From the NCBI GenBank assembly GCA_964532615.1, contig CAZHIO010000001.1, positions 1 to 26,399 on the forward strand: a stretch of DNA of 26,399 nt. Reading direction: 5' to 3'. The DNA is from an uncultured Planctomycetia bacterium. GTDB taxonomy: Bacteria; Omnitrophota; Gorgyraeia; 2-01-FULL-45-10. The notes beneath the pieces were generated by a model that saw only the letters and a program-made list of their open reading frames with translations, was not told where the DNA came from and made no database searches. Position numbers and translations under genes: made by a program. Shown here piece by piece: positions 8,862 through 18,345 of this stretch (positions are counted from its first letter, which is position 1; every line of letters starts with the position of its first letter).

Positions 8862-9514
8862 CCTTTTCGCGCCTCCACGATTATTACGGGAGCGAACCGT
8901 TTTACCGAAAAGCCTATATATCTCTTATCGGTTACCCGCATCTCGAGATTCCTGAGTATTTCGTCTATCTTTTCGGGGTCGTATGTATAGAGCGGGTACG
9001 GGGCTGAGGGATCATAATACTTTGCCAGCTTGTATTTGAGCCGGAATAAGCTGTTGCGGGAATTTCTGAATTCGAAGATAATGCGTCCGGACTCTTTACA
9101 TACGCGCTTCATCTCTTTCAGCACCCTTATCACTGTCTCCATATTCATATCCAGAAAGAGATTGATACATATTACGAGATCGAAACTATCGTCGTCGAAC
9201 GACATCTCCTGGGCGTTCTGCTGCAGAAGATGGATATTTTCCAGGGATCTCTCCGCTATCTTCTTCGCGGTAAGGTCCATGTATTCGTCATTGGTATCTA
9301 TGCTCCATATCTTAAGGGCGGGATTCTGAGACGCCAGCTTGATCACAAAGAGGCCGGACCCCGTCCCTATATCAAGCGCCTTTCCGGATGAGCCCGAACA
9401 TAATCCGAGTACCTCCTTTCTGACGGCACCCTGAATAAGGCCTCCGAACGACTCCCCTCTTTCGTCTTTTTTTGAAGTGGCTTTGTACAGCCAGGAATAT
9501 ACTTTCTTTATCAT
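8855..9514 (-). CDS. Class I SAM-dependent methyltransferase
   Basis: Motif I ALDIGTGSG, NAQEMSFDDDSFDLVIC, and EMKRVCKESGRIIF. Confidence 0.88.
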   Translation of the reverse strand: MIKKVYSWLYKATSKKDERGESFGGLIQGAVRKEVLGLCSGSSGKALDIGTGSGLFVIKLASQNPALKIWSIDTNDEYMDLTAKKIAERSLENIHLLQQNAQEMSFDDDSFDLVICINLFLDMNMETVIRVLKEMKRVCKESGRIIFEFRNSRNSLFRLKYKLAKYYDPSAPYPLYTYDPEKIDEILRNLEMRVTDKRYIGFSVKRFAPVIIVEARKGC

Positions 9515-11721
9515 GATCTGTATTTTTCTCCTATGCCGAGCAATTTACACGCTGAGGCGGTCACTTCGCCGGCGGGTATGCCGGATAGGCATACCGGACG
9601 GGGACATATGCTTCTGTCGCAGGGCGAACACGCGGTATCTCTCTTTATAACTATGGCGTCTTTTGAAATATTACGCGGGTCGAAACGCTTAAGGTAGCCC
9701 GGTCCGAAGATAGCCACAAGCGGCACTTTTAATATAGCGGCTATATGCATAGCTGCGGTGTCGCTGGAAATGTAGAGGCTGCAGTGATTTATAAGCGCCG
9801 TCAACTCAGCCAGATCGAGTTTGCCGGTGGAGTCTATAATATCGGCTTTTGACCGGCTTATTATATATCTTGCTGTCTCGGCGTCTTCATCGTCTCCGGT
9901 GATGATGAACTTCGCTTTCACCCTCCCGGCGATAGCGTCAATAACTTCGGCAAATTTCTCGGCGGGCCATCTATGAGAAGGCTTTCCTCCGGGATGCACC
10001 CCTATCAGAACGTCGCTTTGAGAGATACCCCGGTATCTCGCGAGCATCTCTTCTATCTTTACGGAGCTTGCCTCATCCCGCGGAAGATCGGGCTTCCTGT
10101 CTATCACATCGGCTCCGAGGGCCATCGCCAGATCCAGGTCGTATTCCATTTCGCTCTTTTCGCCGATCCTTGATTCCGGTATCTTCACGCCGAAAAAAGA
10201 CCCCATACCTTCGGTATCTCTGCCGGCGGTGACGCCGGGTGCTATAAGGCCCAGAAGCGCCCTGAGTTTTAACGCGCCTACATTAGATACGATCGTTCTC
10301 ATGTTAACGGCGAGATCTACCTTAAGCCTATTAAGATAAGCCACAACTTTCGCGTTATGGGTGAGCGAGCCCATGGATAAGCATAGGTCAAGATATAGCG
10401 CCTCGTCTATATATGTCATCCGCCTTGACAGCTCATTTACACGCTTTACGCTTAGGAAGTATATCTTAGACCCGGGATACGCGAGCCTTAGCGCCCGCAG
10501 AGCCGGCGTTGAAAGAATGACATCCCCTATTCCCCCGAGATTTATCACAAGGATCTTTTCAGCCGCTATCTTTTTAGCTTTCGTCTTTTCGCGGTTCTCT
10601 TCTTTGATCCTGGCTTCACCTAACCGCGAAACGGCCGCCGCTTCCATCTCATACACCGATATCCGCTTCATGCATTCGTGCCTTACGCAGGATGCCTCGC
10701 CGCACGGGCTGCACGCCAATTCGTGGCGTATCACCGTATTAGAGTCTCCTATCGGCCACCACAGACTGGGGACCGTCGGGCCCATAGTTGAAACTGTCGG
10801 CGTACCTAACGCGGCGGCGATATGGATGAGGCCCGAATTATTGCCGATCAATAGTTTTGAAGCAGCTATGACGGCAGCCACCGTATCGAGAGGCCTGCCG
10901 ACCACGCTGACCGGCGCCGTCTTCATCATAGAAATTATCTTTTTTATCAGTTCACCGTCCGAAGGGCCGCCTATCAGCAGTATTCTGGCGCTATATTCAT
11001 CACTGAGCCTGTCGGCAAGCTCCGCAAAGGCTTCCGGCATCCAGCGCTGACTGGGAAAATATCCTCCGGGGTGAATGCTCACTATAATATCTTTCCTGTT
11101 TATATTATTGGCCTTAAATATATATTCCGCGGCAGTTATAGCGTTTTCAGATACCGCCAGATGCGGCTCAGGATCCCAATCTGCGGCGCCTCTGACTTTA
11201 TATAACTCCGCTATCGAACGCGCTATGTCGAGAATGTTCTCGCTCATACGCTTCTCCTCCCGGCTCGGCGTTACCGCGATATTGAAGAAACGACCGCGCG
11301 AGGCGATATCAAACCCGGCCCGGACTTTAGCGCCGCTAACCGATGCTATTATGGCGGTCTTGATGGAGTAGTCCATGATAAGATCCACGGCCATGTCGAA
11401 CTTCATATCCGTAATGCGCGGCATCGACCGCCAAAACGATACATAAGGTATGACTTTAGCTATATAGGGGACGTTCGCAAGCATTGCGGCGTTCGAAGGA
11501 CTGACCAATACCGATATATCGGCGTTCGGGAATATAGCTTTTAGCGCCTTTATCGCCGGAAGAGAGACCACGACGTCTCCTATCCGGTCTATCCTTATAA
11601 CAAGTATAGACCGGATACTCTTTGGGCCCGACCAGGCGGCGGATGAGCTCCTTACTAAGAGCTTAATAAGCGCGCCGCGCGCCGAAAGGTATAGCTCTTT
11701 CAGCAAGTGTTTCGCTTTCAT
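9511..11721 (-). CDS. Tandem GT9-GT9 glycosyltransferase (two WaaF/RfaF heptosyltransferase-like domains)
   Basis: Two complete GT9 units. Unit 1: RIDRIGDVVVSLP / HPGG..SQRW / NNSGLIHIAAALGTP / CSPC. Unit 2: NLGGIGDVILSTP / HPGG..SHRW / SDTAAMHIAAILKVP / CSPC. Start placed at the ATGA overlap 11718..11721; the ORF track start of 11736 is in frame. Confidence 0.9.
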   Translation of the reverse strand: MKAKHLLKELYLSARGALIKLLVRSSSAAWSGPKSIRSILVIRIDRIGDVVVSLPAIKALKAIFPNADISVLVSPSNAAMLANVPYIAKVIPYVSFWRSMPRITDMKFDMAVDLIMDYSIKTAIIASVSGAKVRAGFDIASRGRFFNIAVTPSREEKRMSENILDIARSIAELYKVRGAADWDPEPHLAVSENAITAAEYIFKANNINRKDIIVSIHPGGYFPSQRWMPEAFAELADRLSDEYSARILLIGGPSDGELIKKIISMMKTAPVSVVGRPLDTVAAVIAASKLLIGNNSGLIHIAAALGTPTVSTMGPTVPSLWWPIGDSNTVIRHELACSPCGEASCVRHECMKRISVYEMEAAAVSRLGEARIKEENREKTKAKKIAAEKILVINLGGIGDVILSTPALRALRLAYPGSKIYFLSVKRVNELSRRMTYIDEALYLDLCLSMGSLTHNAKVVAYLNRLKVDLAVNMRTIVSNVGALKLRALLGLIAPGVTAGRDTEGMGSFFGVKIPESRIGEKSEMEYDLDLAMALGADVIDRKPDLPRDEASSVKIEEMLARYRGISQSDVLIGVHPGGKPSHRWPAEKFAEVIDAIAGRVKAKFIITGDDEDAETARYIISRSKADIIDSTGKLDLAELTALINHCSLYISSDTAAMHIAAILKVPLVAIFGPGYLKRFDPRNISKDAIVIKRDTACSPCDRSICPRPVCLSGIPAGEVTASACKLLGIGEKYRS

Positions 11722-13874
11722 TTCTTTATCACCCATAATATGTCTAAGCTTAGCGCTTCCCTAATAACCGGTATTCCGGCAAGATACGGCCTGCCGACGT
11801 CGATGAAATTTCGTTTGAACTTAAGGCCCTTGGCTTTCAGCGTCTTCTCAAATGTAAATCTGTCTATCAACCCGTAGTGAAGCCGCGTCCGGTTTGGAAC
11901 TCTTCTTAAGATCTTCATGACGGCCGACTTCAATGACCCCAGCTTCTCTCTTATGCCGTTCGGCGTAAAGATGATGATCTCGCCCGAATCTTTCAGGACC
12001 CTTGACATTTCCGAAACGAGAGCCGTCTTCTGCGCATTATCTATATGCTCTATGAAATCCGCAGCGACTATCTTATCGAAGAAACCGTCCGGATAAGGCA
12101 GCCGGCTGCACACGTCACAGCATCTATATTCTATCTTTCCTCCGTATCCGAAATGATGAGCCAGCTTGTTGGCTACTTCTATGGATTCGCCGGAATAGTC
12201 CGCGCCGTAAGCTTTCGCGCCGGAAACCGCGGATCTGTACGCGAATGTCCCTACGCCGCAACCGACATCTAATATGGTCTCTCCTGCGGAGGGCTTGAGA
12301 AACGCCAGAACCGCGTCTATCCTGCGCTTTAGACTATTATCCTTTGGTTCATAGTAATTGTCTATCTGAAATTCAAGCGTTTGCGCCCTGATGCGCTCAT
12401 CGTAATCCCGGGCCGTTACCGGCTTACGATTTAAAACTTCTCTGAATAGTTCATTATTATGCTCTTTTATGTCGTCGCACCGCGTCCCGGTGCGGCAAAG
12501 AAATCCGAGAAAGCTTTCTATAATGAAGTTGTCTTCTCTTTCCAGATATTCATCAATTTCTCGGGCGTTTAACTCTTTGTGACCGGTAAAAGCGATGTAC
12601 CTCGCTATTGAATCCCGGCAAAGGTCTAATCTCTCCCCGGAAGAACCCTTCTCGATTTTTATAGCCTCTAAAAAACGGCCTATTACACCGATAGCGTTTT
12701 TATTAATTACGAAGCCTTTCGCGGCCAGCACTTCTCTGTATAAATTCCCTGTCTTTTCCGCTGTGATCGTTATATCGAAATTACTCCTGGCCTTATACCC
12801 GGCCGCCTCGCCGACTTTGGCTCTGAGATCTTTGTCTTTTAAGAGTAGCATTATCTTATCTTTAAGAGATTCCGGGTTTTCGGAAATAAAGAGCAGTCCA
12901 TCGACTCCGTCCTCTATTATCTCCCTGAAGCATCCTATGTCCGAAGCCACGACCGGCTTAGCCTTAGCCATCGCCTCTACCACCGTAAGGCCGAACGATT
13001 CGCTAGACTTGACGGATGGCTGCGCTATGATATCCATGCAATCCATTATCCGGTATGCATCCGGCCGGAATCCTGTTATTGTAAAATAGTCCTTCAGGCC
13101 GTTATGCTCTATAAGAAGTTCTATATTGCCGCGCTCCGGCCCTTCTCCTACTATGATAAATCTTACATCATGCCGTTCTTTCACTATCTCCCTTGCGGCA
13201 AGCACCAGGAACCTGTGCCCTTTGTCAGGAACAAGTCTTGCCACAGTTCCGATAAGCACAGCATCCGAAGGTACCCCAAATTTTTTACGTATAGCGCCGC
13301 TATCAACCGCGCCGCCCTTCAATATGCCGGTATAAACTCCGTTATATACTACCGCTGTCTTCTCGGGCGGCATGCCCTGTCTCTCGATAAAAACGCCTCG
13401 CGTCTGGTTCGACACGGCTATGACCTTATCGACCATCATATTCGACACAGGATGGGATAAGAGATGCAATCTTTTCGCGAATCGCCCTTGTATCCAGGCG
13501 TGATCCGCGCCCTCGACATGCTCGGTATAAATTATTGCCGGCACTCCTGTGATCCTGCCTAATAGCTTCCATAAAGCGCTGTACTGCCCGGAATGAATAT
13601 GCAGAATATGATAATTGCCGTTCTTCAAGATCCCGGCGAGATTTATTATTCCCCGTAAGCTTTTCAGCTCTTCGGGCTTAAATGGAATTATCCGCGTCCC
13701 GAGCGTCCTTAGATCGTCGGCAAGCGGCCCTCTATCCGGGCATACGACATCGCATGAAAATTCATCCCGCTTCAGGTTATCCGCCAGACCATAAACTATG
13801 CGCCCGGGTCCGGTCACCCCGGACGAATGGATAAATTGCAGGACTCTGATCTTGTCCATTATCGCTCTCTTCAT
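11718..13874 (-). CDS. GT4 glycosyltransferase fused through a helical linker domain to a class I SAM methyltransferase
   Basis: GT4 over about aa 1-385 (ESFGLTVVEAMAKAKPVVAS); methyltransferase C-terminal (ILDVGCGVG, LPYPDGFFDKI, EMSRVLKDSG); ATGA overlap at 13871..13874. Confidence 0.9.
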   Translation of the reverse strand: MKRAIMDKIRVLQFIHSSGVTGPGRIVYGLADNLKRDEFSCDVVCPDRGPLADDLRTLGTRIIPFKPEELKSLRGIINLAGILKNGNYHILHIHSGQYSALWKLLGRITGVPAIIYTEHVEGADHAWIQGRFAKRLHLLSHPVSNMMVDKVIAVSNQTRGVFIERQGMPPEKTAVVYNGVYTGILKGGAVDSGAIRKKFGVPSDAVLIGTVARLVPDKGHRFLVLAAREIVKERHDVRFIIVGEGPERGNIELLIEHNGLKDYFTITGFRPDAYRIMDCMDIIAQPSVKSSESFGLTVVEAMAKAKPVVASDIGCFREIIEDGVDGLLFISENPESLKDKIMLLLKDKDLRAKVGEAAGYKARSNFDITITAEKTGNLYREVLAAKGFVINKNAIGVIGRFLEAIKIEKGSSGERLDLCRDSIARYIAFTGHKELNAREIDEYLEREDNFIIESFLGFLCRTGTRCDDIKEHNNELFREVLNRKPVTARDYDERIRAQTLEFQIDNYYEPKDNSLKRRIDAVLAFLKPSAGETILDVGCGVGTFAYRSAVSGAKAYGADYSGESIEVANKLAHHFGYGGKIEYRCCDVCSRLPYPDGFFDKIVAADFIEHIDNAQKTALVSEMSRVLKDSGEIIIFTPNGIREKLGSLKSAVMKILRRVPNRTRLHYGLIDRFTFEKTLKAKGLKFKRNFIDVGRPYLAGIPVIREALSLDILWVIKK

Positions 13875-15337
13875 TTAGATGTCGTGTTTGATCTCTTCCG
13901 CAGCAACATCGTCTCTTTTATCATATTAAATAATTTTATCTCTTCGAATACATCTTTGTTGGCGCTAAAGCCCTTTGACACTATAAGGCTGCAGCCCGTA
14001 TAGCACTCTACAACGAATTCCCGGGACGGCCTGATCAGCTCATCCACGGCTCTGGCTACCGTGCCCCAGTTGATATCATGGAATACGATGACTCCTCCGT
14101 CAATAACTAAGTCTTTCCAGAGTAATATGTCCATCTTCACAAAATCGTATTCGTGGCATCCGTCTATGAAGAGCAATCTTATCGGTAGGTCGAATGCTCT
14201 GCGGGCGCTCTCCGATGTCGCTTCGATCATATCTATCCGGTCTTCGAGAGCAAATCTTCTGACATTTCCGGTAAATTCCGCTTTTGTGCCCTCAATATGC
14301 GGATCGATGCTATATACTTTCTCTCTGAGCTTTGCTTTGCTTCCCAGCGCCATGACCACAGCCGACTTTCCCTTATACGCTCCTATCTCCACGATAGCTC
14401 CGCAACCGGCGCCGTCTCGCGCCAGAAGGAACAGTCCGTGCAGATCGCTGTATCCGGTGTCGCTATAGATCAGATTGATCTTTTTATACGGCACGAGAAA
14501 TATGAAATTACAAAATATATCCGTTACTGCTTTTAAATTTTTTATAAATTTATTCGGCGTCGCCTGCATCTCCCTATTCTGAAGCTCCCATAATTTCGCG
14601 CCGGTTGCAAAGACTCCGGCAAGCGTAAAAGCTCCTATCAGGAGGCCTCTGATGCCGTCTCCATACCCCCGGAGCCATACATATCTGTGAAAAAAATATA
14701 TCACGGGAAGCAGAAAAAGTTTCCAGAAGAAGTTTCCGGCGGTTATCCTCTCTCCCTTCGCGTAGAGCTGCGAAGCGGTCACTCCGGTATAGCGGATCAT
14801 CTTGGTTACATGCTCGTCTACGCTTTCATATGTGTAATGAATAAGGTCGTTCTTCAGATAGCCGCAAATACCTTTAGGCATTACATCGGTATGTATATTA
14901 TCTGAGAACGTGACTTTATCCTTTTTAAATAATCTCAGCACGCGGCTCGGATACCATCCTGAATGTTTTACCCACTTACCGATATAAATATTCCTTCTCG
15001 CCACATAGTAGCATTCGCATTGCGATGAGAATGCGGGAGTCGATTCTATCTCCTGTCGCAATTCGACCGACACGATCTCATCGGCATCAAGATATAGCAC
15101 CCAGTCGTTGGAAGTCTTTGAAAGAGCGACCGGCCTGTCCGGCTCACAAAAGCCTTTATTCGGCACTACATAGACCTTATCGGTATACTCCCGGCATATA
15201 GCGGCGGTACCGTCGAGAGAAGATTGGTCTACGACCACTATCTCGTCCGCCCACTTTACCGATTCCAGGCATCTGCGGATGCGTTTGGATTCGTTATAAG
15301 TTACGATGATAACTGAGATCTTATTCTTATCGCTCAT
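13871..15337 (-). CDS. GT2 (WaaE/KdtX-like beta-glucosyltransferase) fused to a Methyltransf_24-like SAM methyltransferase
   Basis: ISVIIVTYNE, DQSSLDGT, WVLYLDADE and GWYPSRVLRLF in the GT2 part; VEIGAYKGKS, VYSIDPH, FIDGCHEYDFV and GGVIVFHD in the C-terminal part. Confidence 0.88.
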   Translation of the reverse strand: MSDKNKISVIIVTYNESKRIRRCLESVKWADEIVVVDQSSLDGTAAICREYTDKVYVVPNKGFCEPDRPVALSKTSNDWVLYLDADEIVSVELRQEIESTPAFSSQCECYYVARRNIYIGKWVKHSGWYPSRVLRLFKKDKVTFSDNIHTDVMPKGICGYLKNDLIHYTYESVDEHVTKMIRYTGVTASQLYAKGERITAGNFFWKLFLLPVIYFFHRYVWLRGYGDGIRGLLIGAFTLAGVFATGAKLWELQNREMQATPNKFIKNLKAVTDIFCNFIFLVPYKKINLIYSDTGYSDLHGLFLLARDGAGCGAIVEIGAYKGKSAVVMALGSKAKLREKVYSIDPHIEGTKAEFTGNVRRFALEDRIDMIEATSESARRAFDLPIRLLFIDGCHEYDFVKMDILLWKDLVIDGGVIVFHDINWGTVARAVDELIRPSREFVVECYTGCSLIVSKGFSANKDVFEEIKLFNMIKETMLLRKRSNTTSK

Positions 15338-15338
15338 C

Positions 15339-16139
15339 TCATTCCATCCCTTTTCGGGCTATCAGACTGAAATTCCGTTTACTATTTAAAAGCTTCGAAT
15401 CCACCCAGCATGATAGGCCCATACGCATAGAACTGGAATACCTCCGGAAGCTGACGACTTCTAAGCCGGAGGCCTTGCAGACTTCCAAAACTTTTTCTTC
15501 GTCAAAACCTCTATACAGATGATAGTCCGAGATCCTGTAGTTCCTGGCTTCCGTTTTCGGGACCGCTGGCTCCCGTAAAATACCGTACACCAGGCTGTCT
15601 ATCTGCCATAACACTTTACGCAAAAACGGATCCGCTCCGAGGGAGTTCTTTGTCGGTTCGTGTGTAATGTACATCCAGCCGCGGGGTTTAATCTTATTTA
15701 CGATAGTTTCGAGGGATGAGAGATAATCCGGCAGATGATGCAGGACTGAGCTTATCGTTATCAGGTCAAACTCTTCGTTACAGCCGCCTAAGAATTCATC
15801 GATATTCTTTACCGATATATGTGCGTTATCTTTAAGAGAAGCCGGTATGCGTGCGCCGAGCGCATCAGCCATCTCCTTAGAAATATCGACTCCGTGAACA
15901 TTTAAACCGTTAGCGAGCAGTTTTAGCATTATATTGCCCGTACCGCAACCGATATCGAGGGCGGAGGCCGGCTTCGGCAGACTGCCGGTTATGCGCAGAA
16001 TATCACGCCGGATATTGCCCTGCTCAAACCAATTAAATTCTTCCGGGTGCAGAGCATCATAATGCGGAGCTTCTATCCGATGGAGCTCTATATTGCCTTT
16101 CAGTATCTCGTCCCTGACTCCGGTGTTTTGGGTTGTCAT
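15339..16139 (-). CDS. Class I SAM-dependent methyltransferase
   Basis: ALDIGCGTGN, GVDISKEM, FDLITISSVLHHLPD, and KIKPRGWMYITHEP. Confidence 0.88.
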   Translation of the reverse strand: MTTQNTGVRDEILKGNIELHRIEAPHYDALHPEEFNWFEQGNIRRDILRITGSLPKPASALDIGCGTGNIMLKLLANGLNVHGVDISKEMADALGARIPASLKDNAHISVKNIDEFLGGCNEEFDLITISSVLHHLPDYLSSLETIVNKIKPRGWMYITHEPTKNSLGADPFLRKVLWQIDSLVYGILREPAVPKTEARNYRISDYHLYRGFDEEKVLEVCKASGLEVVSFRRYSSSMRMGLSCWVDSKLLNSKRNFSLIARKGME

Positions 16140-17284
16140 TATGCGGCCTTATTTATAACGCGTAGATAAAGATCTGCCGTCTCTTTAGCGTGTATCTTTA
16201 TATCAAATTCCTTCTCGGCGCGTCTTCTCGATTCCTTACCCATCGCAAGCCGCTTCTCGCGGTCTTCGATAAGCGATCGTAACGCATTCGCCAGGCCTGA
16301 AGCGTCTCGGGCTCTCACGATCGATCCAGTGACGCCGTCGACTATCATCTCCGGAGTTCCGCCCGTATCGGTCCCGACTACGGGCCTGCCGCAGGCCATA
16401 GCTTCCGATACCACTCTTCCGCATCCTTCCAAAAACGACGCGAGCACCATAATATCGGCCGCGGCGTAGACTTCCGCCATATCTTCGACAACGCCTGTAA
16501 ATATAACCCTGTCGGATATGCCTTCGCTTATCGCAAGCCTCTTAAGCACGGCCTCTCTCTCTTTGTCCTCCCCGAATACCGCGCCTCCCGATATTAAAAA
16601 CCTCAATCGATTCTTTGCGTTAGGAACTTCTTTCATAAGTCTCGCGGCTGCCGCTAAGAATATTTCATGTCCTTTATTCTTATTAAATCTCGACGCGATC
16701 CCCACAACGATCTCATCCGGCGATATGCCGAATCTGCCTCTTAATTTATCACCCTTTACCGTGGGGTTGAAATATTCCAAGTCGACGCCGTTATGGATTA
16801 TATTCACTTTCTCCGGGATATTGCCGCGTCTCATGAAACGTTTCGCTATGGCCCGTGAGTTACATATTATAGCGTCAGGTAGAAACGATAATAATCTGTC
16901 CGGATCAAGTATCTCCTTATCGATCAGATTCCTCTCGTGCCATACGACAGGTATTCCATCGGGATGTCCGGCAAGCCAGGCGTATATATTGGTGCGTATG
17001 CTGTTTGAATGGATTAGCGCTATCCCCTCTCTCTTTATAGTCTTCCGCAATGCGTTAACGGCGGCGTAAACTCCGGCGATCTTTCTTATCTTCGGAAAAT
17101 CTACGGGATAGACCCTGACCCCGAGCGCCGCGAGTTTATTCGACAGCGGCCCTTCGGAGGGGCAGGCCATCGATACGTTAAAACGCTCCCTGTCTAATTC
17201 GGCGATCAGGGCGAGCAAGCTCCGCTCCGCTCCGGCTATGAGCGACGTTTCATGCATATATAGGATATTCGAAACCATCGTCAT
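16139..17284 (-). CDS. Glycosyltransferase family 4 (GT-B)
   Basis: GAERSL, IHNGVD, SRFNKNKGHE, and EGCGRVVSEAMACGRPVVGTDTGGTPEMIVDG; ATGA overlap at 17281..17284. Confidence 0.93.
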   Translation of the reverse strand: MTMVSNILYMHETSLIAGAERSLLALIAELDRERFNVSMACPSEGPLSNKLAALGVRVYPVDFPKIRKIAGVYAAVNALRKTIKREGIALIHSNSIRTNIYAWLAGHPDGIPVVWHERNLIDKEILDPDRLLSFLPDAIICNSRAIAKRFMRRGNIPEKVNIIHNGVDLEYFNPTVKGDKLRGRFGISPDEIVVGIASRFNKNKGHEIFLAAAARLMKEVPNAKNRLRFLISGGAVFGEDKEREAVLKRLAISEGISDRVIFTGVVEDMAEVYAAADIMVLASFLEGCGRVVSEAMACGRPVVGTDTGGTPEMIVDGVTGSIVRARDASGLANALRSLIEDREKRLAMGKESRRRAEKEFDIKIHAKETADLYLRVINKAA

Positions 17285-18345
17285 GATCTCTTTATAATAT
17301 TCATCAGCGTTTCGAGGCGCTTCTTGTAAGTATGGTCACGGTGAGCCCTAAGGTAACCGGCTTCGGATACAGACTCGCGCTCTTTATCGTGTGACAAGTA
17401 GTACCCGATGAGCTTATCCAGCGCGTTCGCGTCGGGGTAAGTCACGAGCTCTTCTTTTGTCTTATATAAGCCTCGCAGCTGGCCGATATCATTGGTCAAT
17501 AGAAAGCCTCCGCTGGCAGGGACCTCAAATACCCTCGGCGTAACATTGAATAACTCGTCACACACGCCATACTGTCCGTGAATATCGATTACGATCTTCG
17601 CCGCGTTATAGACTTTAACGGCTTCGGCGCCGTATATATCCTTACCCTGGTAACGGCCTGCCAGCGCCGGATTCGGCTTATCCCAGCGTCCCCATATTTT
17701 AATATCCATATCTTTGAAACGCTCCAGGATCTTCTCGCGTACCGGGGTGACGGTGCCGACGAACGCGATATCGCTGCCGTAGAGCTTCTTCTCATCTCCT
17801 GATAAGTTTACGCGCTTATGCACTTCCGGATCGCAGCCGAGCGGGATACTGCTTATCCTCTTTGCGTTGAGATCGACCTTATCCAATACATCCGGCGAAT
17901 CGATAAGGAATATATGGTCATAATGCTCCGCAACCTGCCGCATAAAAGATAGCCGGTTCGGCAGGATAATTGAATCGAAGAGCCAGTTGGCGGTAATGGC
18001 TCCCGCGGATCTTATGCGATCCAGAGTTTCCGTGGTTATATTCTCACCCAGCAAGGCAAGGAAGAGATCGGGCTTGAACGCTCCGGCAATATTTATAAGA
18101 TCCTTGTTAATATTTTTATCGGCGGCTCGGCGCATCCCGGGAATGCTATAAGGAGATATCGACTGCGGCATAATAGCTCTCAATGAATTCTTTATGCCTG
18201 ACAAGATCCGGTTCTTCGGATATGGGGATCTGCGAAAATCAAAGACCGATACTTCATGCCCGAGAGACTCTATAGCTCTCCGGCAATAATATCCGATCAC
18301 TCCGAGCACCGTCCGGTCCTGCGGCGAGGCCAGTAACACTCTCAT
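17281..18345 (-). CDS. CgeB-like (spore maturation protein family) glycosyltransferase
   Basis: Start re-placed at ATG 18345 (ATGA overlap; MRVLLASPQDR); the Arg-rich 50 aa extension in the ORF track overlaps the upstream gene. Motifs: TANWLFDS, PLGCDPEVH, DIAFVGT, NVTPRVFEVPASGGFLLT and HTYKKRLE. Confidence 0.87.
   Translation of the reverse strand: MRVLLASPQDRTVLGVIGYYCRRAIESLGHEVSVFDFRRSPYPKNRILSGIKNSLRAIMPQSISPYSIPGMRRAADKNINKDLINIAGAFKPDLFLALLGENITTETLDRIRSAGAITANWLFDSIILPNRLSFMRQVAEHYDHIFLIDSPDVLDKVDLNAKRISSIPLGCDPEVHKRVNLSGDEKKLYGSDIAFVGTVTPVREKILERFKDMDIKIWGRWDKPNPALAGRYQGKDIYGAEAVKVYNAAKIVIDIHGQYGVCDELFNVTPRVFEVPASGGFLLTNDIGQLRGLYKTKEELVTYPDANALDKLIGYYLSHDKERESVSEAGYLRAHRDHTYKKRLETLMNIIKRS

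Noticed and set aside
10361-11050. Long plus-strand ORF (229 aa), and similar antisense or alternative-frame ORFs throughout (e.g. 2632..3168, 4227..4721, 16518..17069, 22108..22665, 24827..25324)
   Set aside because: They overlap well-supported minus-strand genes, have Ser/Ile/Arg-rich shadow composition, and carry no family motifs.
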